NCBI GenBank assembly: GCA_004431415.1
Contig: QPMI01000432.1
Location: 124,001-188,000 of the forward strand
Source of the DNA: Cyanophora paradoxa CCMP329
Lineage: Eukaryota; Plantae; Glaucophyta
Length of the DNA: 64,000 nt
Direction: 5' to 3'
Shown here piece by piece: positions 12,541 through 22,800 of the stretch. Below the pieces are notes generated by a model. It did not search any database and was not told the DNA's origin. It saw only the letters and a list, made by a program, of their open reading frames with translations. A program made the translations under genes and the position numbers. Each line of letters begins with the position of its first letter. The first letter of the stretch is position 1.

Positions 12541-12840
12541 TGCTGGCCCGGCGCTGGCTGGGAGGGCGTGACGGCCTGAAGCACCTGAGGAATTCTGAAA
12601 TAAGACTGAGCATACCTGATTGTAAGTCTGAAACGCTCGAGCCTGCGGCGGCTCCGAGAAGGAGCGCGAGCGGAGCGGCGAGAGCTGGCGGTGGCGGGCG
12701 GCTTCCTGCAGTAGCTGCTGCTGCATCATATTGTACCGCATGAGCTGCTCGGCGGGGTCATAGCCGGGCGGCAGCGCCGCCGGCCGTGGCCAGCCGGCCC
12801 CGGGCCACGCTGCGGCCTGCTGCTGCTGGGCGTACCACAT
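12539..12840 (-). pseudogene. Truncated duplicate of the 5' exons of the IQ-motif gene
   Basis: Identical to 11173-11474 (MWYAQQQQ...) and cut at the duplication junction. Confidence 0.65.
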
Positions 12841-13174
12841 GGCCGCTGCCTCCCTAGCCTCGGGGCATACTGCAACTGTATCTAGGGCCGCCTCCTAACA
12901 ACTCTAGCTAACGCGGCTCCCGCAGCCAAAGTCTTCGTAGGCGGCGCGAAGGCGTTGACGATCCGAGGTGCAGAGAGATTAGTGCCTGTGCGTAGAAAGC
13001 TATGAGGGCAAACCGCTCGCAGCCCGCTGCCCAGCGCCCAGCGCCGGCCACGTGATTGGGGGTACACGCCACTCGGGCGATGCGGCTCAGGCGCTTCTGC
13101 AGCCGCGCGTTCTTGCGCTCATGACGCGCCATAGCAACTGCCAGTCGACACAGAAGCACCAGCGAAGTTTGTAG

Positions 13175-14885
13175 ATGAATCTCAGGATGCGGACGGAGAA
13201 CTTGCAAGTTCTTCGCCAGGGAACGGGCCCCGCGGCCTTGCTGCTGGTTTACTGGCTAGCAGCGATGCTTCTGGGCCTCTCAGACGCGCAGACCACCGGT
13301 GTGATTGCCCTGCCCCCGTCTATCGTCGCACCATGACCGTATCGCAGGAAACACCACCACGGCGTCGCTGGCGACAACCGTGAAGCCTGCCGAGCAGCAA
13401 TCACCATCAAGCTCGCTTGCGGATGGAAGGTGCCTCTCCACCCAAGCGTTCGGTGTTCGCCTTCTCATAACTCTCTGCAGCGTTCCTGCGGCGGCTGCCG
13501 GGGCGGCGATCGCTGCGGTTGTTGTTGGGATCGCCTTCATCTTCATCTACCGCGCTTGCTACGTCAACAGGAAGGGCCGAGTCGTCGGCGCTGGAATGGA
13601 GGCGCCCGCTGGCGAGGCTTTCGCGCAGAACCCGTTCAGCCAGCTTCAGACGCCAGCCTCTCAGCCTATTGTACAAGGAACCGTGCAGATCACTCCGCAG
13701 CCCCGAGCGCCGTCATTGGTCGACCTCTCAGAGGACCCCCGCGGGGAGATCCGGCCGGCCAGCCGGACGAGGTCGTCGGACACGGCGGACGATTACAGCT
13801 CGATGGACGACTCGATTGCCGCTAGGGTGCTGCTAGCACCGCGGCCTGGCTCTCGCGAACAACAGTCCCAGGGTTCGGAGTACAACAGCGCGAACAACTC
13901 TCTCGGATCCTGGCACAAGGGCATCCCCGGCAGCTCGCCGAACAGCCTCGGCCCTCCTTCTCGGACCCGGTCGGAAGCCTCGGAAGGCCTCCCATGTATT
14001 GCCGCTCTAATTCTCCCTTTCCTCTTTCTTTCTCGCGCACCAGGACACGTTCCAGTGCGCCGCCGACCGTCCGCAGCGCCGCGCCGCGCCCGCCGCTGAC
14101 ACCGCGCAGCCTGTACCTAGTGATGCCGAAGAGCCGGTGCACTCTGGAGCGGTACATCATGGCGAAGGAGCGCGTTGCGATGCCGTTTCTACTGGAATTT
14201 TCGCTGGACATAGCGCGCGGGATGCGGTATCTGCACCAGGACCACCGCGACGGCGAGCCGATCGCGCACCGCGACCTGAAGACCGCGAACATCCTCATGA
14301 TGGACAGCCCGGACACGGAGATCCCGTTCTGCCAGCTCTCCGACTTCGGAATCGCCCGGGACGCCTCGGCCTACACCGGCATCGTCGGCACCCGCCTCTA
14401 CATGTGCCCGGACGGCCTCAAGAAGAAGGACTACGACCCGCTCAAGGCGGACGTCTGGAGCTTTGGCCTCGTCGTGATGGAAATGTTCACGGGCCTGAAG
14501 CCCTACGGCGGCACCTGCTCGGACGACGGTCCGCCCCCGCCCGATTCCCCGCGCCCGCCTCGCCCCGCTGACTGGCCGCCAGACATCATTGCGGGCCGCC
14601 CGTTCTCGAGCGGGCAGATCGACAGACTGCCGGACTGCCTCCGCAACCTGGTCGCCGCCTGCCTCTCCCCGTCCCCCGTCGATCGCCCCTCCTTCGCCCG
14701 CGTGCGCCCCCTACCCCCCTACCCTGCCCCCCTTCTTCGTCCAGCAAGTCAGTACCCCTGAGCCGCCGCCCCTGGACGCCTAGGTCGTGGACCACCTGGA
14801 GGCCGCGGCGAAGGACGTCAACGCGGCCATCAACCGGAACCGCCCCGCGGAGAACCGCTCCCGCTACCTCACGATTGACAACTGA
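13175..14885 (+). CDS. Single-pass receptor-like (TKL-type) kinase with only the C-lobe present
   Basis: Signal peptide (AALLLVYWLAAMLLGLSDAQ), short T/S-rich ectodomain, TM AAIAAVVVGIAFIFIY plus RKGR. Then LYLVM..DIARGMRYLH..IAHRDLKTANIL..LSDFGIAR..GTRLYMCPD..KADVWSFG..CLSPSPVDRPSF..LTIDN*. No GxGxxG or VAxK found. Confidence 0.8.
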
Positions 14886-15447
14886 GCCAGGCCCGCGGCC
14901 GCCCGCAAGGCGTGTACATGTATCAGTCAAAAGCGGGCCGCTTCGCTTACGTGGCCGCCCGACACGTGTGCTCTTAGTACGTAGCACGCCATTAGGTAGT
15001 AACTTAAGATTTCCGTCTACGTATACGTCTTAATTGTACGGTTTTCGATTCGTTGTCATAATGTGGTCCTCGCGTCGTGTGACTCGTGTATCCTCTGATT
15101 AGTAAGTACTTGATGCAAGCCAAATACGTATATTTCACTTGAAATACGTAAACAGCCACCGCAGACATCGCGACTCCGCCATGCGTGCGGCGCGCATTCA
15201 TGCTTTCAAAGCGTTCTAGATCTGAGGCTCGCTGCATGCACATGTACATGTTCGCTAAATAAGCATTGAAAGCCGCTGAGCTCGTCAAACATCATGCCAT
15301 GATGGCGGGGCATGAAACTAGTACGTACTAGAGATAACTCCAGCCGCTGAGCCATCAGAGGGCTCCGGTGCTCGCAGATCATCGGATCCGCCGGGCCGCC
15401 GGGCTGGATGGGCCATAAAGAGTGCATGCGCAGAGGGCGCGCCGCTC

Positions 15448-17973
15448 CTACTCGACGACGATGCTCCAGGGGCTCGGCGTGCGGCCGTACTGCGCGGCGG
15501 TAGAGCATTCAACGATTAGCGCCGAAGAGACGGCAGCGAAGGCGGGCGGGGCGGGGCGGGGCGGGGCGCGCCTGGATGCTGAGGAGGGCCTCGCGGATGC
15601 GGTGCGCCATGGCGCCCATCTTGGCCGGCGCGCCGTCCTCGCCGATGACCGGGATCTCGAGCTCCTTGCCCTGGTACAGGATCGCACGGATGGGCGTCAC
15701 GACTGCCGCCGTCCCCGACCCGAAGCCTGCGCGCCCGCCTCTCAGTCTCGGGGCCCGCGGGAATCGAAGAACCCCGGCGCCGAATGCAGCGGCAGCGCGG
15801 CGCACCCTCGACCATCCTGCCCTCCGAGATAGCCTCGACGATCTCCTTCATGTAGTATGGCCGCTCCGTCACCTTGAACTGAGGGATCAAAGCGAAGGGA
15901 AGGAGTCGGAACGAGAAGACCGGGCGGCCCATAGGAAAATTGAGATGGAAGAGGGCGCGCCTCGCCCCACTGGCGCGTGAGGGCGACGATGGAGTCGCGG
16001 GTGACGCCGGGGAGGATGGTCCCGTCCAGCGGGGCCGTGATGAGCTCCAGCGCCCCCGCCTTGTCCCGCCACAGGAAGAACACGTTCATCATCCCCACCT
16101 GCTCGCCGTCTTAGGAAGGCAGTCTCACAAACCTCGGCACGGGGGACGAGAGTTGGCGCGCGCGCCTCGGTCACTTGGGCGTCCTCGCCGAACAGCCAGA
16201 GGACCTGGTTGCAGCCGTCCCGCGCCGCCTCGACCATCGCCAGCGCTGCGGGGCGGCGGCGACCGCCTGAGATGAGCCGCGCCCCTCCAGCGAGGGCCCT
16301 CCCCCGCGATCAGGCGCACTGCTCATGGCGTAGTTGCCGCCGACCTTGAAGGCCCCCGTGCCGCCCGGCCACGCCCGCACGTACCGCTCGTCCGCCATGA
16401 GCTTCACCGGCTGCGGGAACCTGCGCGGGGGAGGCCTCCCGCGTCGGGCCCCCGCGGGGCGCGCGATGCCTGCGGGCGGCGGACGCACCAGGTTCCCATG
16501 GGGCTGTTCGAGGGGGCGGGGGGTACGGTCAGAAAGAGAGGGGTACGGGGGGGGGGGAGATACGGACCTAAGGATGACGTAGAGGAGGGCCTTGTGGGAG
16601 GGGGCGACGCCGAGGGAGTCCTGAGGAGGGGGCTCGGGGCGGGCGGGGGTACAGGGGCGTGGAAGGTGGGGTGTGGGGTACGCGGCGCGGCTCGCCTGGT
16701 TGCCGATGAGAGTGGGCCTGATGTACAGCGCGCACCCGGGCTGGCGGGGTACCCACTCCTGATCCACCAGCACGAGCTTCTTGATCATCTGAGTCATCTG
16801 AGTCAGCTCCCAGCCGGACGCCCCTCATCTGAGTCATCTGAGTCCGACCTTGATGAGCTCTTCGCCGCTGAAGGTCGGGAGGGCCAGGCGCGCGGCCGAG
16901 GAATTCATGCGGTTCATATTCAGCTCTGCGGGGAGCGGGCGGCGAGTCAGCTGTGATTGACGCGTTTTGCGGCTAAGACTGTACCTGGCCGGAACATGCG
17001 GATCTTGCCGGCTTCATCGCGGTAGACCTTCAGCCCTGGCGAGCGCTACAGTCAGGGCCGGAGGCTAAACCAAGGACCGGACGGACTGCCGCACCCTCGA
17101 AGCACTGCAAGGGGGAGTGATCGATCAGGCGGAGGGTAACGAAGGCGGTGGGACGCGGGCGCTCGGACCTGCAGCGCATAGTGCAGGGCAGAACATGCGG
17201 GGGACAGCTGCGGGAGAGCGCACGCGTTCCGTCAGCGCCACGCGTTACGCGGCGTCGCTACGCAAAGAAGCGAAGACGCACCTGGAGGGATCCGTAGGGG
17301 CGAATGACGGGAGTCTCCCAGCCGCCCTCCAAGGTCCACGCACATTCAAGCATGTGATCTGCGGATGTCGCCATACGCGGTAAGTTGCAAAGAAAGAGCG
17401 GCAAACGCAGGGCATGCGAATGGCGAGCTATCTCTGTGATATCTCCTATGTGCACATCCGCATCAAAGGGCAGCACTGCATGGAGGGACGTCGCGATAGG
17501 GCGCAAGCGCCCTGAGCGCAAGCGCTGGACCTCCAGCCGCTCATGCTGGGTGCTGCACGCCACTTTAGGTCGTTAAAGGCCCTCCGCTTATCATCTTATG
17601 ACGCAGCGCGCACTGAGCGCGTTAGCTGCGTCCATCCGCGGGCATGACGCGGCGGCCCGCATCGCGACTAGGACGCTCGCAGCGCGCTATGACGGATTTA
17701 TAGGGAGTTGCTTGACATAGACGTGTGGGTTTAGCACGTGGATACTTAGCGGGGGCAAGGCCTCGCGCGGGCGACGGCCGAACCGGTGAAGACTCTGCCG
17801 AAGGGCAGATTCCAGTCGGTGGGTTTGTCCTTGAGGTTCTTCGCAAGCTGAATCTGCATCCGGCTGGACTGCAGCACGCGTCAGGTTCGCGGAGACGGGA
17901 AGCGGGCTAGGCCGGGCACCTCGAGCGGCTTGGGTGCGGGCGCAGCCGCCTCTTGCGCAGTGACGGGAGGCAT
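15448..17973 (-). CDS. BCAT: Branched-chain amino acid aminotransferase (PLP class IV), ~14 exons
   Basis: LPFGRVFT|DHML, LHYALQ|CFE|GLKVYR, MFRP|ELNMNRM, LYIRPTLIG, RAWPGGTGAFKVGGNYA (PLP Lys), QVLWL, E|VGMMNVF, ILPGVTRDS, FGSGTAAVVTPI, IQ|YGRTPSPWSIVVE*. Confidence 0.95.
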
Positions 17974-18184
17974 CGAGCTGCTCTACAGGCTCGCGAGATC
18001 AGATGGGCGGGGTACAGGAACGTAATTCCGTGGAAGCAAGCGACACAGCGATTTGAAGCGAGGAAGCGAGCGCCCAGGGTCCAACAGGGCGCGAGCATCT
18101 TGCAGAGGGGGCTGCAGGCCCGCGCGCCCCGCGGGGGCGCCGGCTTCGCCGATCGACCCGCAGCCAGCAACCGGGAGGAGAGCC

Positions 18185-19276
18185 ATGAAGGTCGACGTCT
18201 CCTACCTCACCAGCATCGTCTCTCCCCGGCCTCCAGGCCGCACGCTGGAGCCGCTGGATCAAAAGAGCACCGCGCACAGCCTGAACTTAGCTATCCTCGA
18301 GGACGGCACTGAGCCGGATGCTGCGACCAGCCTCTACGGGCTGCTTGAGACGGAGAGCGGACAGAAGGCCGCGCGCAAGTTCTTCCAGACGCAGTGCAGC
18401 CAGGAACAGCAACACACAGGATACGCAGCGCTGGGCCACACGCCATTCGGCGGCCCATCCGCCGCATATATGAGCGAGAATCAATTCTTAGCTCTGATGA
18501 GGAAGCTCAGCTCCCTCTCCACGCCCCAAATCCTCGATCTCTTCGACCTGTTTGGTGCAGAAAGGCCCCTCGCCCAACGCCCGCGCCCCGCTGCCCGCTC
18601 ACTCCATTCAATGGCAGACTCACGCGATGAGGCCGGCTACTTGGGCTTCTCCGACTTCTTTCTGATACTTGCCCTGTTCGCGGCGCGAGAAAGCGGCCAG
18701 TGCTTGTCTTTCCAGTGCGCTCTGTGTGCGCGCCCTCGCTCAGCCCGGCGCTCAACGCGGATGCACAGGTACAGACATGGGAAAGAACTGTTTGAGCGGC
18801 TCGCGACGCCTTGGGCGAATCTGCTGCCTCAGAGGCCCCCCGTGGAAGGAGAACAACAGGGCCCCCCTCCCCCTCGTGTCACGGCGGAGTCTGTCCGCCG
18901 GCTTGTGGCCTGCACGCTGGACATGCCTTCCCAAGCCGTATCCTCCGCGTTCCGAGAAGCCGGTGTCCTCCCTACAGAGTCGGTCACACAGGAGGTGCGT
19001 GCCCTGCACGATCGAGTTCGACAAGAGAAGTGACACAGCCCACAGGAATTCAATATTCTCATGTTCGCCATATTTCGGGCATGGGACATCAGCCGAACGA
19101 GCGCCAACAGTGACTCGGCGGCCCCGGTGGGTGCAACAGCGCACCCCTCGACAGGGAACCCCGTCCGGGAACACAAGGGGAGCAGCAGCAGTGGTGGGCG
19201 GAACAATAGTGTGGCAAGCCAGAATGCGGGCGGCTCCAGGCATCGCCGTCTCAAGCGATGGTGTACAATTCTATGA
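18185..19276 (+). CDS. EF-hand protein, EFCAB9-like, with C-terminal CaaX (CTIL)
   Basis: MSENQFLALMRKLSSLSTPQILDLFDLF|DSRDEAGYLGFSDFFLILALFAARESGQCLSFQ|YRHGKELFERL..VTQE|EFNILMFAIF..RWCTIL*. Matches my recollection of the EFCAB9 pattern IVFDMLD..GEIDFEKF..FMYRHSRPVFDLL. Confidence 0.7.
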
Positions 19277-19839
19277 AGCAGAGTGCAGTATTCCTTCGTG
19301 AACTCAAGCTGAGGGCTGCCTGGTCGACTGTCGAACCTGGCATTTGGGGTTCATGTTCAATGGTTGGTATTGTATGGCATTTGCATGCATATGGTACTTC
19401 AGACAGATTAAATACTAGCAAGACTTAAGCTTCAATATTAATTAACCATGAAACACAGTCTCAGCTGCAGGGCCTGGGAGAAATTAAATGAAACCAGTGC
19501 ACGTGTGCAGCCTTGCATGCAGCCCCCCATGCAAATGAAGATGTTAACAAAGGCCCCTAGCTAGCTTGCGATCGATATCGGTGCAAAGATCGAGCTCGAG
19601 CTCCGTGCCAAACACGCCGTACCACGTATACGTATGTATACGTATACGGTCCTGGTCCAAGGTTGAAACCAGGCGTACCCCCGTCGGCTGCCTTCACTGG
19701 CTCGAGCGTTAGATAGAAGTCGCATTCTGCGGTGACACTACCGCCTTTGGATGCGGGGTGGCTAGGAGGACAAGTTCGTTTCGGCTGCGCGAAGGGGGCG
19801 GGATCTTGAACACGATCCTCGGCTCTGTCGCACCTTGCC

Positions 19840-22800
19840 ATGTTCCCGCTCGTTTTCAAGGTAGCAGATTCCCGCCTTTCGGCTTCGCCGCTGCTAACTG
19901 CCCGTGCCCTCTCCACGTACGCGCCGCAGAAATGCGAACTCCAGAGCTACCGCCGAATCCTCTCCAAGTATGTAAGCAAGAAGATTGGCGAGCCGGCGCT
20001 CGCCCACTATGAGCCGTAAGCCGCCCAGTCAACCGTGCCCGCTTCTCTGTCGAACCCGCGCGCTTGCGATCAGAATGATCCAGCTCCTGGAGAGGCTGCA
20101 GAGCGCGGTGTGCGCTATTCAGTCGGGGGGACCCGTGAACCATGACGGGCGGGACAACCTGCACAAGGTCGGTCCGGGGCGAGGCCTGTCCTGCCGCCGG
20201 CGCGACGCTGAGCTGAGCTGACGGGGGCGGGCGGCCGCAGTACTTCTCGCAGCTTCTGCTCCTGGAGGCGAACATATACGCGCAGGACGCGCGTGCGGAG
20301 GAGGCGCTGAAGATCGAGTACTGCTGGACGGACCTGTGGAACCCGAAGAAGAAGATCTCTATGACGAACATCGGGCTCGAGAAGGCTGGCGTGCTTCTCC
20401 AGCTCGCGCTCTACAACAACCAGCTCGGCATCCAGTCCTCCAAGAGCGCCCGCCTCTCCTACAGCTACTTCGCGGTCCGTTCGGGGACGGCGGGCACGGC
20501 CCAGCGCCGCGTCCCTCACGCGCGCCTCTCCGCATTCGCAGGCGGCCGCTGGTGTCGTCGCGCACCTGCAGGAGAGCATGCTCACGGGCCAGGTACGGCG
20601 GCGCCCACTGGGGCCGGCGCTTAGGGCCTCCGCTGGGCGGGGCTCACGGGCCCCGGGCCGCAGCTGCGGGGGGCCCAGGCGCCGGACCTCTCGCAAGAGA
20701 GCCTCTCCGGACTCTACAGCCTCTTTCTCGCCCACGCCTACGTGCGCCCGCTCCCCCGCCCCGCCCCGCCCCCGCCCCGCCCCGTCTTGAGGGCCGGCCG
20801 CCGGCGGGCGGGCGGGCAGGCCTGCTACTACGCGAACGCGATCGAGCAGAAGCAGGCCAAGGACGGGGTCATGGCCCGGCTGGCCGCCCAGGTGCCCCCC
20901 GCCTGATCTCCGAGCTGGGCGTTGCCTGCTCTGAGCTGCGCTCTCTCTGCCCCGGGCAGTCGGCGATCCACTACGGGGAGGCGGTGCGGGCGTTCACGAG
21001 CCTGGTCTCGGCGTACGGGCTCGACAAGCACCACTACATCCTCGAGGGCGCCCGCCGCCTCCACGCACACTACCAGGTCCGCCCCGGGGGCGCGCGCCAG
21101 GCGGAGAGGCTCTGGCGGGCGGCGCGGGCTCGCCTGCGCGGGCTGCACTCCCCGAATGAGACGCCCGCGCTTAGGGCTGACCAGGCTTAGGGCATAGTAT
21201 ATCCCCTAGCTAATCCAGCCGCACCCGCTGACGCTCGCGGCTCCCGCCAGGCGGAGGCGAACTACCGGATGGCGCTCGTGCTGCACGAGGGCGAGCGGCC
21301 CGAGGTGCGCTGCACGAGCGATGGCGCCGGGCCCTCCCTCCCGAGCCGACCGACTGACGTCTCCGCCTCCGCCGCCGTGGCCAGGTCGGCAAAGCGATCG
21401 CGCACCTGCAGCTGGCGGCGGGGCTCCTCTCGGGGGCCGGGCGGGAGCGGGACGGGGGCGCGTTCAGCGCGCTGCGGAGCAGGCCGGCGGTCTCGGAGGA
21501 GGACCGGGCGCTCCTGGGGGTCGTGCAGAACCACCTGGACGCCCTCCTCAAGGAGAACGCGGTGATCTACCAGCACGCGGTGCCCCCGCCCGAGGCCCTC
21601 CAGCCGGTCCCGGGCCTCCCCCGGCCCCTCGTCAAGCCCACGCCCTTCTCGGTCCGCGCGGCGCGGCGCGGCTCGGACCCCGATCGGGCTCGTCCTGATG
21701 GGCGGGGGCAGCCGGAGGGGCCGAGGGCGGGGGCGGGGGAGGACCCGTGGTCGGGGGGCCAGGGCCCCTCGTCGCAGGGGGCGGGCACGGTGCGGCACTT
21801 CGCCGGCCCGATGACCGTCCAGCAGCTCCTCCGGGAGGTCGAGTACCAGGTCGGCTGAGGCGCTGGCTAAAAATAGCAATTACCGCGAAGCTGGAGCTGA
21901 AGCCGCGCAGGCGACGGCGATGCGGGCGACGGCGGAGCAGTGCCAGCGGCAGATGGCGCTCAAGTTCATGGAGCCCGGGGCCGGCGTGCTGCCCCCGGCC
22001 CTCTTCACCGCCGTCCTCTCCCTCAAGGACGAGGCGGGCGAGCGGCCCGTCGCCCGCCTCGAGGAGGACCAGGGCGTCGCCCAGGTCCGCGGGGACGGGC
22101 CGGGGCCGGGGGGTTGCCAGAGGGGGGTACTGTCCGCTTCCGGCGCGCCTCGCGCCTTTCTCCTCGCTGGGATAGGGCAGGGGGGACGGCTGGCTAGGGG
22201 TGATGCCGCCCTCCCCCTCGAGACCTTGCGCACCCCCCTATCTTCCTTCTCACGCTCGAGCACCGCGCAGGCGATGGCGCGGGAGTGCAGGAGCCTCTAC
22301 GACCAGATCGAGGGCTCCCTCTCCCCGCTCGCCCAGGTCCCCCCTCCGCCCGCCCCCCCCGGGCTTCCTTCCGCCCCTTCGCCCCTGGACGCTCAGCCCC
22401 CGCTTCGTTCGCAGAAGGAGCTCTTCGACGAGCTGCGGGTGCAGCGGGTGAGCGTCCAGAAGGGGGAGCAGCACGCCTCGAACCTGCAGGAGCGCATCGC
22501 CAAGGCCCGGCCCCTCCTCGAGCGCCTCTCCACGCCCCGCGTGCGCCCCGCCCCGCCTTCTCCCCGCTCTTCTCTCTTGACCGATCTCGATCCAGGCGGA
22601 GCTGTTGAACCTGCGGCCGTACCCGGGCCCCGGGGGGCCGGGGAGCCGCGGGGCCGGGGCGCTGGGCCCCGCCGGCGGGGCGGTGCGGCCGCCGCAGCGC
22701 ATCGTGGACATGCTGAGCGCCCTGGAGGCGGCCGTGGCCAACCGCGATGCGGCCATCGGGCAGCTGCGGGCGCGCGCGCAGCGGGCCCCGCAGGCCCCCG

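Larger units (their letters stand above)
11173..13904. repeat. Direct tandem duplication of ~1366 bp (11173-12537 and 12539-13904)
   Basis: The copies appear identical except for one C (ctgcgag at ~12024 vs ctgccgag at ~13390). Junction: ...aactctctc-t-gatgctgg. Confidence 0.97.
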
